From a virus (taxonomy: Duplodnaviria; Caudoviricetes): 49,517 bases of DNA. Every line of letters starts with the position of its first letter. Within the stretch, counting starts at the first letter, position 1. The notes below the pieces were generated by a model. The model ran no database searches, was not told the origin of the DNA, and saw only the letters and a program-made list of their open reading frames with translations. Positions 26,496-36,426 of this stretch are shown here, in pieces. A program made the position numbers and the translations under genes. The stretch spans positions 1 to 49,517 of IMG/VR virus record IMGVR_UViG_3300024249_000010. One strand, 5' to 3'.

Positions 26496-29400
26496 GCCGT
26501 GGTGAGGGATATACTCCAACCGCCTTGGAACACGCCCGCGTTGTTCGTCTCTTGGTCGCAGACCCAAAGCGTCCAGGGTCCATTAGGATCCTTGCCATTG
26601 AACACCGAGAGAGTTGTGCCATAAGGCGAGACCGGGCCCGGCGCCGGAACATCCGCGAAAGGCGGGTAGTTGGTAGGAGCGTAGGTGCCATCCACGAGCT
26701 GCCCGCTCTGAGGCATCGCGCCACCGCCGTCATTAATTTCAAGATTGATACCACTGACTGAGAAGCCACCGTTACCACAACCAGCCATCAGCACGCAGGT
26801 AGTCCCGTCCGGTCCTTTCAAAACAACGCACACGTCAGACGGCCAATCATGCGTAAATTGCAGCAGGTTTACCGTGACGTCCGTTATTACCCCGCCACCG
26901 CCTTCGGTAATGTCTATCGACGGATATGGAGAAGCGGCCTGGGGTTTCAGGCTGCCTGGAGCCCGGTCTGTGATGATGATCGGATCGGTGTTGTTGCTGG
27001 TATTGCACACCAGCTGCGATTCAGCTTCAGCTTTAGCGGCAGCCAGGGCTATCGCGTCAGCATCGGCCTGGGAGATGGAGCTAACGGCCGTTGCGGTTGC
27101 TGTCACCACGCCAGGGTTTCCCGATACACCGGCCGGGCACGAAGCCGTATAGGATTGCGTCGATGTAAAGCTGGTTTGGCAGTTGAGTTTCGATTGCGCT
27201 ATCGCGAGCGCGGCTGCCGCAGCTTTGCTGTCAGCGTCACCTTGGCTAATCGTGCTGGTAGCCGTCGCCGTGCCCTCCGCCTGCTGCGGAGCAGTCAACG
27301 TGATATGAAACAGAGTCTCCTGAGGAGCGCCGTTCGTCGCGTTGATCCGGAAATACAGGTAAGGCGTGGTGTCCGTTACATTGAACACCTTTGTCTCACC
27401 ACTGAGGAACGTCTGCGCAGACTGCGTGTCGATCACGGTCCAATTAACGCCATCATCCGACCCCTCAAACGTCCACGCTGTCGGCGGACCGGTCGCGGAA
27501 CTCGGCTGTCGCGTCAGCTCATACGAGAGCGCCGCTTGCGCCGCAAAGAGTTGATACCGGAAAATGAATGTCTGGTAGCCGAACGAGGTGAAGACCTGTT
27601 CAACAGTCGAACAGCTGTTGGCGTTGTAACTGTCACAGCCGACGAAGTTGGCAAAGCCGGACCCACACGAGGCTGATCGCGTCTGCGTGCTAGTGTAAGT
27701 CTGTGTTGGAGGCGCCGATCCGGACTCAATGTCAACCAGGGGATTAGGATCCGGCTGCTGCATCGGAGGCGGCTCAGTCAAACAGCCGTAACCATAACAG
27801 TTATAACCGTAGGCATACCCAGAAGCCGGGTTGTAATAGGTCCCGCGACCGCACCGGGGCGGAACATACACCGGGTTTTCGTTGTCGAAGTTATCATCGA
27901 GCAACGTGACGAGGTTGCTCAGGTCATCCAGCTTCACATGGTCGAGCAGGATCCCGGCAATGGACTCAACAGTGGGGATGTCTAGCTGCTGAATCGAAAT
28001 ATAAGCGACGACCGGATCGGTAACTGGGAAAGTGAACGCGTAATCAGTGAACCCTTGTTTGTAGTTGGAGATGTTCACCTGTTGGTTGAGGAGAAACACC
28101 TTGTCATCACCGTTCAACCAATACACCTGCACTGCCACCTGATCGGCATCACGATCAACGAGCTGATTGCCAGCAAGGCTAACCGTCAGGCGATAATTCT
28201 TTGCCGACGTCAGGATCGTCACCATGCCGCTGTCCTGCAGAATGCCAGAGCCGCCAGGGTTGTTGATCGTAAAAGTGAACGTGGTATCAGTGACCGCAGT
28301 TATCAGAAACGTGTTGTTGAAAAACCCGTTTGCGGCGCCTGAAATTTGAACCAGCTTCCCGACAGTCAACCCGTGAGCAATCGGGTTACCGTCGCCGTCG
28401 ACCGTGGTGCCGTGAGCTGTCAACGTAGGCGGACCCATCGCTCGCTGCACGTGGAGATTAACATTGAGGCTGATCGGATCTCCGCCACCGATCAGAAAGC
28501 TGTTTTTCGAAACCAACTGCCCGTTGAACGGCGGACTGGCATTGAGCCCGGAAATCAAATCGACATACAATCCGTTGCCAGGAAGCAAATCGAAGAAGCC
28601 GTTACCCAACAGGTCGACTGATCCCGGTGTTGGATCGCTCCGCGCGGATAGCCCTCTCTCACCAAAAGCTGATCCCTGATTCGAGACAGGACAGGTAAAC
28701 TGCAGAGTGTTGAGGACCGTGATCGTAAAGGTGCCGTTGAACACCCCAAAGCTGCGCGCGCCTGAGATTGTGATCTGATCGCCACTGTTGTAGCCGTGCG
28801 CCACAGAGGTGGTGACCGTGAAGAACAGATCGGGATCCGTGTAATCGCACTCGGCCAAGATCGGCACTGAATCGCCGTCGACCACATCCCAGTTGATGAA
28901 ATTGTGGTAATCGAGTTGGCCCTTATTGACCACCACGTCACCGGCCGGGGTGCAATTACCGGCGCAGATATACCCCTTGAGACCAGAAATGAAATCGAGC
29001 GCATCAGCGTCGACCCCGTTGTAGGCATTGACGAAGAAGCCGGGCGTAGAGAACGCGGACAGAACGGCAAAGCCAACGCTCGCCGCACGGACACCGAGAC
29101 ACATCACCACACCTCCTTGCGCTTTGAAATCGGACAGGAGCAAGTACGGGTTGTTTGTTTCAGGAACCGTCGAGAGCCCGTCAGAAATGAGAAGGATGAC
29201 CTTTAACCCGGCATCGGTCGCATCGAGATCGCTGATTGCCTGCTGCAGCCCGGCATAGAAAGCCGTGTCGCTTTGGGTCTGGATAATCGTTGGAACCAGA
29301 ACAGCAACCGAATTCTGGTTGTGCGAAGGCGTCGCTATCGTGAGCGTGTTGTCAGAATTGAATGAGTCGAGCCCAACCAAATCTTTCGGGCCATACACCT

Positions 29401-29911
29401 CGCTGATGAACCGTGTCGCAGCCGCCCGGGCAAACGCCAGCTTGGTCGAGTAGGAGGGGCTAAACCCTTGGGACATCGACAGCGAAGTATCGACGAGCAC
29501 CACCATCGCAACCTCGGTATTGGCGCAGCAATTCGTTTCCAGAGCCAGGACCGTCAGGGACGAGTGCGCCTGCATGCCGTTGTAGGTCGCGCCTATGGTC
29601 GCTGTGCCTGCTGAGATACCGGTAGCCGTCGCGTTACCGCTTCCAGCACCGACCACGGCAATATCCATGTCTGAGCTGGTAAAGGTCGCCTGATCGGTAA
29701 CGTCCGTCTCAATGTCCCCAAAGATCGTAAACGCCTTGAACTGGATTGAGCCCAGCTCACAGCAAAGCGCGAGCCCGGGCTTTATAATCAGAATCGGTGT
29801 AGGCGGGCAGATGCCTGGATTAGCGATCGCGAAGGCGGGATCCGCGCAACGCGGGTCAGGCGGCGGCAAAACATTTTCGCAGGGCCGAGTTGTTATTGCT
29901 CCAAAGTCCAT
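26492..29911 (-). CDS. multidomain virion adhesin/tail protein (Ig-like, vWA, beta domains, F5/8-like, DUF5977, proprotein-convertase P-like)
   Basis: 'DVTDQATFTSSD..IAVV' Ig; MIDAS 'DTSLS..T..SDG'; 'AHG..GD.I.ISGA..FNGTF.I' twice; 'PTAWTFEGSDDG.NW'; 'SISQADAD..A'; 'ITDVTV..TH.WPSD..L.GPDG..FNG.DPNG.WTL.V.D'. Confidence 0.8.
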   Translation of the reverse strand: MDFGAITTRPCENVLPPPDPRCADPAFAIANPGICPPTPILIIKPGLALCCELGSIQFKAFTIFGDIETDVTDQATFTSSDMDIAVVGAGSGNATATGISAGTATIGATYNGMQAHSSLTVLALETNCCANTEVAMVVLVDTSLSMSQGFSPSYSTKLAFARAAATRFISEVYGPKDLVGLDSFNSDNTLTIATPSHNQNSVAVLVPTIIQTQSDTAFYAGLQQAISDLDATDAGLKVILLISDGLSTVPETNNPYLLLSDFKAQGGVVMCLGVRAASVGFAVLSAFSTPGFFVNAYNGVDADALDFISGLKGYICAGNCTPAGDVVVNKGQLDYHNFINWDVVDGDSVPILAECDYTDPDLFFTVTTSVAHGYNSGDQITISGARSFGVFNGTFTITVLNTLQFTCPVSNQGSAFGERGLSARSDPTPGSVDLLGNGFFDLLPGNGLYVDLISGLNASPPFNGQLVSKNSFLIGGGDPISLNVNLHVQRAMGPPTLTAHGTTVDGDGNPIAHGLTVGKLVQISGAANGFFNNTFLITAVTDTTFTFTINNPGGSGILQDSGMVTILTSAKNYRLTVSLAGNQLVDRDADQVAVQVYWLNGDDKVFLLNQQVNISNYKQGFTDYAFTFPVTDPVVAYISIQQLDIPTVESIAGILLDHVKLDDLSNLVTLLDDNFDNENPVYVPPRCGRGTYYNPASGYAYGYNCYGYGCLTEPPPMQQPDPNPLVDIESGSAPPTQTYTSTQTRSASCGSGFANFVGCDSYNANSCSTVEQVFTSFGYQTFIFRYQLFAAQAALSYELTRQPSSATGPPTAWTFEGSDDGVNWTVIDTQSAQTFLSGETKVFNVTDTTPYLYFRINATNGAPQETLFHITLTAPQQAEGTATATSTISQGDADSKAAAAALAIAQSKLNCQTSFTSTQSYTASCPAGVSGNPGVVTATATAVSSISQADADAIALAAAKAEAESQLVCNTSNNTDPIIITDRAPGSLKPQAASPYPSIDITEGGGGVITDVTVNLLQFTHDWPSDVCVVLKGPDGTTCVLMAGCGNGGFSVSGINLEINDGGGAMPQSGQLVDGTYAPTNYPPFADVPAPGPVSPYGTTLSVFNGKDPNGPWTLWVCDQETNNAGVFQGGWSISLTTA

Positions 29912-31584
29912 TAGCCAGGATAGGTGAAATCGTGACTCCCAGTTTGACCGGATTTACAAAGGTTCGCTGCAAGACCCTCAGCGTAAGCATTGCCAGCGTT
30001 AATTGCTGCTTGGTTGGCAAGTTGCTGAGTTGCGCCAGTAAACAGATTTGCCGGTACCGTCACGTTGACGAAAACCGTTGTTTGTCCAAACGGACCCGGG
30101 CAACCGCCTTGAGTCGCGTGCGCGATCTGCAACGTGTTGTTGAACAGCCCCAGACTGCCGCAGCTCATCGCCAACTGGTTGTTCGCTGTATTCGTTGCCG
30201 AAGTGAGCGCGAGCTGATCGGCTGCAGCCTGACTTACCGTCGAGCTGAAAGTATGCGCGTCGACCGTGATCGTAACGGTGTTGTTATGGTCTGCAGGACA
30301 AATGGCCGTATAGCTTTGCTCCGCATTCCAGAAGGTGCATTCGAGCAACGCTTGCGCGCGCTGCGTCGCCAGGGCCAAAGCCTGAGCGTTTGCATCCGCC
30401 TGGGAGACTGTCGAGCTGAGTGTCCCGGCCGGAATCGTAACGGTGACCGGGGTGCCGTCCGGCGTAGGTGCGCCTTCCTCAGTCGACGTGCACTGAGCCG
30501 TGAACACCTGCACCGTGTTAAACCAAGTCTGCTGTCCTGGGACGCACACGAGCTGCGCATTGGCCTGTGCTTGCGCCTGATTGAGCGCGAGCTGATTGGC
30601 CGCTGCCACTGACACAGAGCTGGACACCGAACCGGCCGGAATAGTGACCGTGATCGGGTTACTGCCATCCGGACACGTCGCGCTGGCCTGCTGTGTGGTG
30701 TTGTAATAGAGCGTGGTGAGGCTCGGGACCGACGATCGGGCAAAACTCGGCTCACATTCGCGGGTGCGTGTCTCTTCCCGGCACTGATGGATTAAAGCCG
30801 CCCGGGCTCGATCGTAGGCGCCAGCGGCGCGCGCTGCCTCTGCCTCATCCTTGTCGTAACGATCGGCATGGCCCCAGCGAAGGTACTCTTCGACCGCAGC
30901 CTGGAGCAAAGGATCATCGTCGACGCCATCGTCATCCGCCCACTTCCGCTTGATGCCGTCCCACGTGATGATCACGCTCTCCGTAGACTGGATCCACGGC
31001 GCAATGTAAATGTTGCCGCGCTCCAGGGCCCAGATACCCATCCGAGCCCTGAAGCCTTGACCGTTCGTTGTTTGGCGGTTGGTCGACGTCTGTGCGTAGT
31101 GAACGCTAAAAGGAAGCGGCTTCAGCCCGGCCGGTAAACCCTCATCTGTCGGAATTGGAAACGGATTGCCGCAAAAGTTACCGAAGCCCAAGCCGAAAAA
31201 CGGACCGAGACCGCAACAGGTGTTGCCGCGCGCGGCGAGGTACCGGCGCACATGGCAGGAATCGACTTGATTGTATGGGATCTCATCGCAGTAGTTATCA
31301 GGCAGATCCGGGTTTTCGAGGTGTGTCTTCGGATCGGTCTTGTCGATGACCGATACCTTTTTGATCATGCCGCGAGGCGCTGCCAGGAGAGTTAATCCGC
31401 ACTCATAGAAAGTCGCGCACTGCGGTACGATGTCGGTATTGTCCTGCTGGAGACATTCGCAGACCGTCTGCAGATCGATCAAAGCGTCAATGATCATCTT
31501 CAGGTGCGGCGCGACGAGGTTCGGCGCCTGTCCCGTAGGAAAGATGTTTGCGTAAACCGACGCTTTTAGATCAGCAAATGTCAT
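29911..31584 (-). CDS. putative head-tail adaptor with C-terminal DUF5977 repeats
   Basis: Starts 'MTFADLK' downstream of capsid; about four 'N..Q..A.C..VTVT(I/V)PA...S.VSQA.AN..A' repeats. Confidence 0.65.
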   Translation of the reverse strand: MTFADLKASVYANIFPTGQAPNLVAPHLKMIIDALIDLQTVCECLQQDNTDIVPQCATFYECGLTLLAAPRGMIKKVSVIDKTDPKTHLENPDLPDNYCDEIPYNQVDSCHVRRYLAARGNTCCGLGPFFGLGFGNFCGNPFPIPTDEGLPAGLKPLPFSVHYAQTSTNRQTTNGQGFRARMGIWALERGNIYIAPWIQSTESVIITWDGIKRKWADDDGVDDDPLLQAAVEEYLRWGHADRYDKDEAEAARAAGAYDRARAALIHQCREETRTRECEPSFARSSVPSLTTLYYNTTQQASATCPDGSNPITVTIPAGSVSSSVSVAAANQLALNQAQAQANAQLVCVPGQQTWFNTVQVFTAQCTSTEEGAPTPDGTPVTVTIPAGTLSSTVSQADANAQALALATQRAQALLECTFWNAEQSYTAICPADHNNTVTITVDAHTFSSTVSQAAADQLALTSATNTANNQLAMSCGSLGLFNNTLQIAHATQGGCPGPFGQTTVFVNVTVPANLFTGATQQLANQAAINAGNAYAEGLAANLCKSGQTGSHDFTYPG

Positions 31585-32126
31585 TCTCCCGTTGCTACAG
31601 CGGTTTCGTCAGGACGCCGGGAGATGCGACGGGTTGCGGGTGTGAACTTTGGTGGAAGCATGCCGGTCGTAGAATCGGCAGACTCACCCTTGGCAGACGG
31701 GGAAGCAGGAGCAGGTGCCTGGGGCGCTGACGCCACCGGGGCAGCTGGAGCAGCTGGGGTGTTAGCCACCGCAGCATTTTCTCCTTGGGCGGCTTGATGG
31801 ACTTGCCTCCCGAACGGGTTTGTTGGCACGCGCGTTTGCACCACCCGCAGCTTTTCGTTTTGCCGCGATCGCTGCGGAGATTGCGCGAGCGGGTGAAGGG
31901 TTTTTTTTTCAGAGTATTCGGCCTCGCTCAGCTTGCTGATACCGAACCGACCACAGCTTTTAGTCAACTCGGAGATCAGAGACTTGTTACCGTCATTTTC
32001 CTCCAAAGCGATCACGCCAATGTTTCCGTCCAACACCTCGAAAGGGACCGGGGCACCGCCAACAATGTACTTGTTGGAAACGATTTCTTTCAGGAAGAAG
32101 ACCATATTCGTGTCAGTTGTTGCCAA
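31581..32126 (-). CDS. hypothetical head-region protein
   Basis: Start TTG 32126 or ATG 32105; contains an A9 tract; Pro/Ala-rich tail. Confidence 0.7.
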   Translation of the reverse strand: MATTDTNMVFFLKEIVSNKYIVGGAPVPFEVLDGNIGVIALEENDGNKSLISELTKSCGRFGISKLSEAEYSEKKTLHPLAQSPQRSRQNEKLRVVQTRVPTNPFGRQVHQAAQGENAAVANTPAAPAAPVASAPQAPAPASPSAKGESADSTTGMLPPKFTPATRRISRRPDETAVATGE

Positions 32127-32667
32127 ACTCAGGAGCGCGGTAATGGCGCTTCCTACGATTCACTTCATACCACAGTGGTTGCAAATTGGAATAGTGAAAG
32201 CAAGCGCGGAGTTGAACAGCGTCGCTCAAATCAAATGACGCGACAGGAATTCGGTGATCTAACTCCCATTTCCCGGGTGCGCTTCCGTGGTTGTCCCATG
32301 TCATGCCCGAAGAAAACTGACGTTCGATGTGACCCCTCAACTCGCCGATCGTGCAACCAACCAAATCAAATGTTCTGTGCATTCGCTTAGCATCCCGCAG
32401 CGTCTTCCTCAGCCTCGTCCGCACAGCTCTCTCGAACCGCCATCGCGGATCTAGTTTTTGTCTTGCTCGCCTCCGCTTGTTGCGCTTCCTAATATGCTGT
32501 CGATACTGCTCCGGTGAAAGTTCACGGAGAGTTTTCCGCTTTGGACGTGGAACGTAAGCCGCTTTGCTGCGCGCGGTTGACTCCCTATTAACACGGTCGC
32601 GGTTTCGGAGATAATACGCGTAACTGGCACGTCGATGTGCCTCGCGATATTTCTCAGCTGGCTTCAT
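32113..32667 (-). CDS. HNH endonuclease ('GMTWDN' type)
   Basis: 'GCTIGELRGHIERQF..GMTWDNHG..WELDHRIPVASFDL..CFHYSNLQPLW..N..K'. Confidence 0.88.
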   Translation of the reverse strand: MKPAEKYREAHRRASYAYYLRNRDRVNRESTARSKAAYVPRPKRKTLRELSPEQYRQHIRKRNKRRRARQKLDPRWRFERAVRTRLRKTLRDAKRMHRTFDLVGCTIGELRGHIERQFSSGMTWDNHGSAPGKWELDHRIPVASFDLSDAVQLRACFHYSNLQPLWYEVNRRKRHYRAPEFGNN

Positions 32668-32674
32668 AACAAGA

Positions 32675-32753
32675 AGAGGCAGGGCCACTTTATAAGTCGG
32701 TCCTGCCTCTCGTCGAGCTTAAAGCCGCTTTGTTCCCGGCGCTACGGCTTTAA
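32675..32753 (-). terminator. tandem hairpins after the capsid gene (terminator/attenuator ahead of HNH)
   Basis: AGAGGCAGGGCC/GGTCCTGCCTCT (32675-32710) followed by TCTTGTT on the minus strand; TTAAAGCCG/CGGCTTTAA (32719-32753). Confidence 0.6.
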
Positions 32754-32773
32754 CAATTCTTGAAGTCGTTGAC

Positions 32774-34513
32774 TTAGTGAGGCGTGGTCGTTGTCGTTGT
32801 CGTTCCGCCAGTGCCACCACCGTAATTGGCGCCGTTATCGACTACACCTTCCGGCATCTGGCCGTTGAAGTTTTCAATGATCAGATTAGCAGCCGGACAG
32901 TCGACGATCATCGTCCACGTGAGCGACATTAAAGTCTGCTCCTGAGTCGGCACGCGCATCACGCAAGCAAAGTCAGGGTTGATCGACGCCAGGGTCTTCA
33001 GGTCGCCGGTCTTGTGGACCACGCGATTAGAAGCAAGGATCCCCGGGCGAATGCCAGTGAAGTCCAGCAGCCAGAGAACCCTTGCAGAATCCTCAATACC
33101 GACCTGATTGGCGGCAGTGAGGTAATCGTCAAAGAAGTTGTGCGTGATGATGTTGATCGTCACACCGGCAGGCCAGAACAGCGGATAACTCCGGTAGCTG
33201 AAACCGAAATTCGCTTTCTTGGCGATCGAGTAACCCTCGACCGGCATGTTCAGGCGGAGCGTGCCATCCGACTTGCTGTTGTAGTACTTGATCATCGCGG
33301 AGTTGATCAAATCGGCTTCAACGGAGTCGGTGAAGATGTCGAAGCTGCGAGGGTTGGGGTGATTCTGCCCCTCACGCACGCGCATCATGTTGTAGATCTC
33401 GCGGAACAAAGCCGGGAGATTCAACTGCGCATCCTGCAGGTCCGTTACCCGAGAGCATTCGGCCATCTGTTCATAGATGCCGACTGCGTTGGCTCGACGG
33501 CCGACGCAAGTGCCACCGTCAACACCGAGCGCGGCGCCGGTCCAGTCAGTGGTGATGTCAAACGTGTCGATCTGAGCCAGGGTGTCATAGTTCGTCGCAT
33601 CCTGACCGACGAGACCTTTGCCCCAGAACATTTGATCGACAAGGCGCCGCTGCCAATCGTTGGCCAGCTGCTTGTTTTTCTCGATGTCATCCAGATCGAA
33701 AAACTCTTTGTAGAGCGCATTGTCCTGCAGAACCAGCTGGCGCCACTTGTCATACTGGCTGGATTTGCACATGCTCGTACGGGTCGTTTCCACCCAGAAC
33801 GGCACATTGCGCCAGTTGAGGTAAGCGGGCATTTCCGCGCAGAACTTCTCGTAATCGTTCACGTTCGGAGTGCCGCGCCGCAGCAAACCCTTGACCGGGC
33901 TAGTGAGCTTGGACGAGTCGAGGAACGATCCCGCGTTTTGAGGCGACAGGACGAGAACGATGTAATTGGCACTGCCGCTGAGCGTGGCGCTCACCACTTC
34001 CCATTGCGTGCGGGTCGCAGAGCCACCGACAGAAACACCGTCGATGAACACGCGCAAGCCAACGGGGAAAGAGCGAACATCAGCAGGGATGTTGGTCGTG
34101 CTGAATGCGTGAACCTGCCAATTTTGCCCGCTTGCCTGACCGGCGCCGACTTCCCAGTAAGCATTGTTGATCGGGCTGTACTGCCTACCCAAGACGAAAG
34201 GAGCGATTTCGATGAGTCCGCCCGGTAGACGGCGGGTTTGCATCTGGCGTCGCACAGACACCTTGTTCGCCATCAGAAAATCGTACAAGCCGTTCTGCAC
34301 GGCCTCGCACATTTTGATCTCGAAGTCGTGATGGAAGAGAGCTTCGAGGACGCGAAAATCGTTCGACGTCTGGTAAATGGTAGCGAGATCGGCGGCAGTG
34401 GCGGGCACAGCATTGCAGGCAGTCACACTGCCGCACTGCTTAATGTTCGAAGTGATGGCGGGCGCGCACTTCGCGAACGCGTTAGCGTTGATTGTGCTAT
34501 TTGGAGTCGACAT
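32774..34513 (-). CDS. major capsid protein (HK97 fold with insertion domain), Gly/Thr C-terminal tail
   Basis: Follows portal and scaffold; spine-helix-like 'EKNKQLANDWQRRLVDQMFWGK' and 'RANAVGIYEQ'; ends GGGTGGTTTTTTTPH. Confidence 0.75.
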   Translation of the reverse strand: MSTPNSTINANAFAKCAPAITSNIKQCGSVTACNAVPATAADLATIYQTSNDFRVLEALFHHDFEIKMCEAVQNGLYDFLMANKVSVRRQMQTRRLPGGLIEIAPFVLGRQYSPINNAYWEVGAGQASGQNWQVHAFSTTNIPADVRSFPVGLRVFIDGVSVGGSATRTQWEVVSATLSGSANYIVLVLSPQNAGSFLDSSKLTSPVKGLLRRGTPNVNDYEKFCAEMPAYLNWRNVPFWVETTRTSMCKSSQYDKWRQLVLQDNALYKEFFDLDDIEKNKQLANDWQRRLVDQMFWGKGLVGQDATNYDTLAQIDTFDITTDWTGAALGVDGGTCVGRRANAVGIYEQMAECSRVTDLQDAQLNLPALFREIYNMMRVREGQNHPNPRSFDIFTDSVEADLINSAMIKYYNSKSDGTLRLNMPVEGYSIAKKANFGFSYRSYPLFWPAGVTINIITHNFFDDYLTAANQVGIEDSARVLWLLDFTGIRPGILASNRVVHKTGDLKTLASINPDFACVMRVPTQEQTLMSLTWTMIVDCPAANLIIENFNGQMPEGVVDNGANYGGGTGGTTTTTTTPH

Positions 34514-34551
34514 ATCGTAATTGGTTCAGGGGCTTACTGCCCCATTTCCAA

Positions 34552-36063
34552 TTACGATTGTCCCAACTGTTTTTTTCCGAAAGAGGAAAGGAAATCTTCG
34601 GCTCCCTTCGCTCCGCCTCCAGACTTAGCGTGCAATCTTGACTCGCCACCAGCAGACGGCGATCGCGGTTTCAGCTCGGCAGGATCGGCAGCTGCGGGTG
34701 CATGCTCAACCTCAGGCTGTGCTACGGTTTCAGCACCCTCAGGCGGCTTCCATCCCATCGCTAAAGCATATTCTCGCTGCCTTTTATGCTCCATTTCTAC
34801 AATTTTTTCTGTGCGAGTTGCCAAAGAATGAGCCCTCAGAGCTGCCAATTCGGCCGGTGAAAAAGTCCAATAGTATTCATCGCGCCGGTCCTTTGGGATC
34901 TTCCAGTACTGACTAGCCGGTAGAAATTTCCGGCCGTCTGCGTCGCGCTGCTCCTCATCCGGGCGCCGCAATAAATCGCGCTCCATATCAGCCGCGAACT
35001 CACCGATCGCAACGTGCGCCGGATTCTTCGCGTTAAAATCTTCGAGCCCGTTCATCACCTTGTACAGCTCCGCAACCTCGGTATTGAGCTGGTTCGCAGC
35101 ATTAACCCTGATCGTGTAACCAATCGGGTCTTTCTTCTGTTGCTCAGTCAACAGAGCGACGTCGACGGTGCCGTCATCCTTAATCACCTTAGCCAGCTCG
35201 GGTTTGGTGTTGCCCCAGAACACAGTCGCCCCGGCCGTTTGATGCTCGCCGATTTCTGGAGCCGCTTGGCGCAACCGTTCGCCGCGCTCCAGTTTCGACA
35301 TACGTTTCTCAGACTCCTTCTGTTGCTCCTGCATCTTGGCGGTAGCCCGGATGTCCGCCACTGCTTCGGTAAAATCCTGATCATCCCAATCGACGTCATG
35401 CTTTGCAAAAAATGACGCGTGCTCATCGGCTCCCTCATCAAAGGTTTCGCCCGGGTGCGCCGCCTCCCATTTCTCAGCATACGCCTGCAGCTCCAGCAGG
35501 GACGTTTTGTACTTTTCAGCAATGCCCGGGTATTTCTCCGGATACATCTTCTCCATGTGCTCAAGAGCGACAACGCGACGCTGCTCAACATCGTTCAGCT
35601 CCGTCTTTGGGGCTCCTGCAGGTGCGGAAGGTTTGATCGCCTCAGCAACACCTTTGGCTGCGGCTTGCGCGATCTGCTCTGCCGTCAGTTGCGGCTGAGG
35701 TTCGGTCTTGGGCTCAACGCGAGGTGTCGCAGCTTTTTTCTGGGGTGCCTTCTTCGGCTTCGGCGGAGTAGGCGCAGCGGGCTCAGCAGCTGGGGGCGCC
35801 GCAGCGGCCGGATCCGCAGGTGCGCCGCCCTCTGGCTTCGGCGCCGGTTTAGGCTCACCCTCACCCGTCATCTGTTTACCGAGGAAATCAGCAGCGAACC
35901 CGGCGAGCTGCTTTGAGTCGATAGGTTTTTCAGGCGCGGGCTTGGCCGGTGGAGTCGCGGCTGGAGCTGGCGCGGCGCCTGGATCTGGTTGCGGGGTTAC
36001 CGGTGGAGCTGCGGCAGCAGGACCGTCAGGGTAGAGGAGTGGGAGAGCGAATCGCGTCAGCAT
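34552..36063 (-). CDS. putative scaffolding protein
   Basis: Pro/Ala-rich N-terminus, acidic coiled coils, directly upstream of capsid. Confidence 0.65.
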   Translation of the reverse strand: MLTRFALPLLYPDGPAAAAPPVTPQPDPGAAPAPAATPPAKPAPEKPIDSKQLAGFAADFLGKQMTGEGEPKPAPKPEGGAPADPAAAAPPAAEPAAPTPPKPKKAPQKKAATPRVEPKTEPQPQLTAEQIAQAAAKGVAEAIKPSAPAGAPKTELNDVEQRRVVALEHMEKMYPEKYPGIAEKYKTSLLELQAYAEKWEAAHPGETFDEGADEHASFFAKHDVDWDDQDFTEAVADIRATAKMQEQQKESEKRMSKLERGERLRQAAPEIGEHQTAGATVFWGNTKPELAKVIKDDGTVDVALLTEQQKKDPIGYTIRVNAANQLNTEVAELYKVMNGLEDFNAKNPAHVAIGEFAADMERDLLRRPDEEQRDADGRKFLPASQYWKIPKDRRDEYYWTFSPAELAALRAHSLATRTEKIVEMEHKRQREYALAMGWKPPEGAETVAQPEVEHAPAAADPAELKPRSPSAGGESRLHAKSGGGAKGAEDFLSSFGKKQLGQS

Positions 36064-36347
36064 AATTTTGCAATAGTGAATAGTTCGTTTGCGGGGTGCT
36101 TGCGCACTTCGGCCAGGACTTCGAGACAGTGATGATAACGGCGGGCTTTCTCCATTTCTGCGTCTGCAGCGTCACCCTTGAGATTGTTTGGGCCGGACTG
36201 AAGGGCAGCTGCCAACGCCTTGCACTCGTGATCCTTTACCTTGCACTCGATGACCCGCACGAGCGTTTGATATTGGTCGCTGCCAAGCCAGGAACGCAGC
36301 TCTCGGTCTTTTTCTTTGGGCAGTTGCTCAAGGTCGCACTTGATCAT
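36057..36347 (-). CDS. hypothetical helical protein between portal and scaffold
   Basis: ATG 36347; position typical of podovirus head modules. Confidence 0.7.
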   Translation of the reverse strand: MIKCDLEQLPKEKDRELRSWLGSDQYQTLVRVIECKVKDHECKALAAALQSGPNNLKGDAADAEMEKARRYHHCLEVLAEVRKHPANELFTIAKLC

Positions 36348-36426
36348 AAATGGTCCGTTATCGGCGCACTCGACAGTGGCGGAGTTAACCCTTCCTTGTG
36401 AACCGCTGGCAAGAAAAATCTGGACC

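Noticed and set aside
33014-34228. 404-aa plus-strand ORF and other long antisense ORFs (e.g. 26849-27676, 29890-30612, 36470-37087)
   Set aside because: Shadow frames opposite well-supported genes in GC-rich DNA, with no motifs
36383-36412. Possible minus-strand promoter TTGCCA-18-TTAACT before the scaffold/capsid genes
   Set aside because: The -10 match is weak; plausible but not supportable from sequence alone
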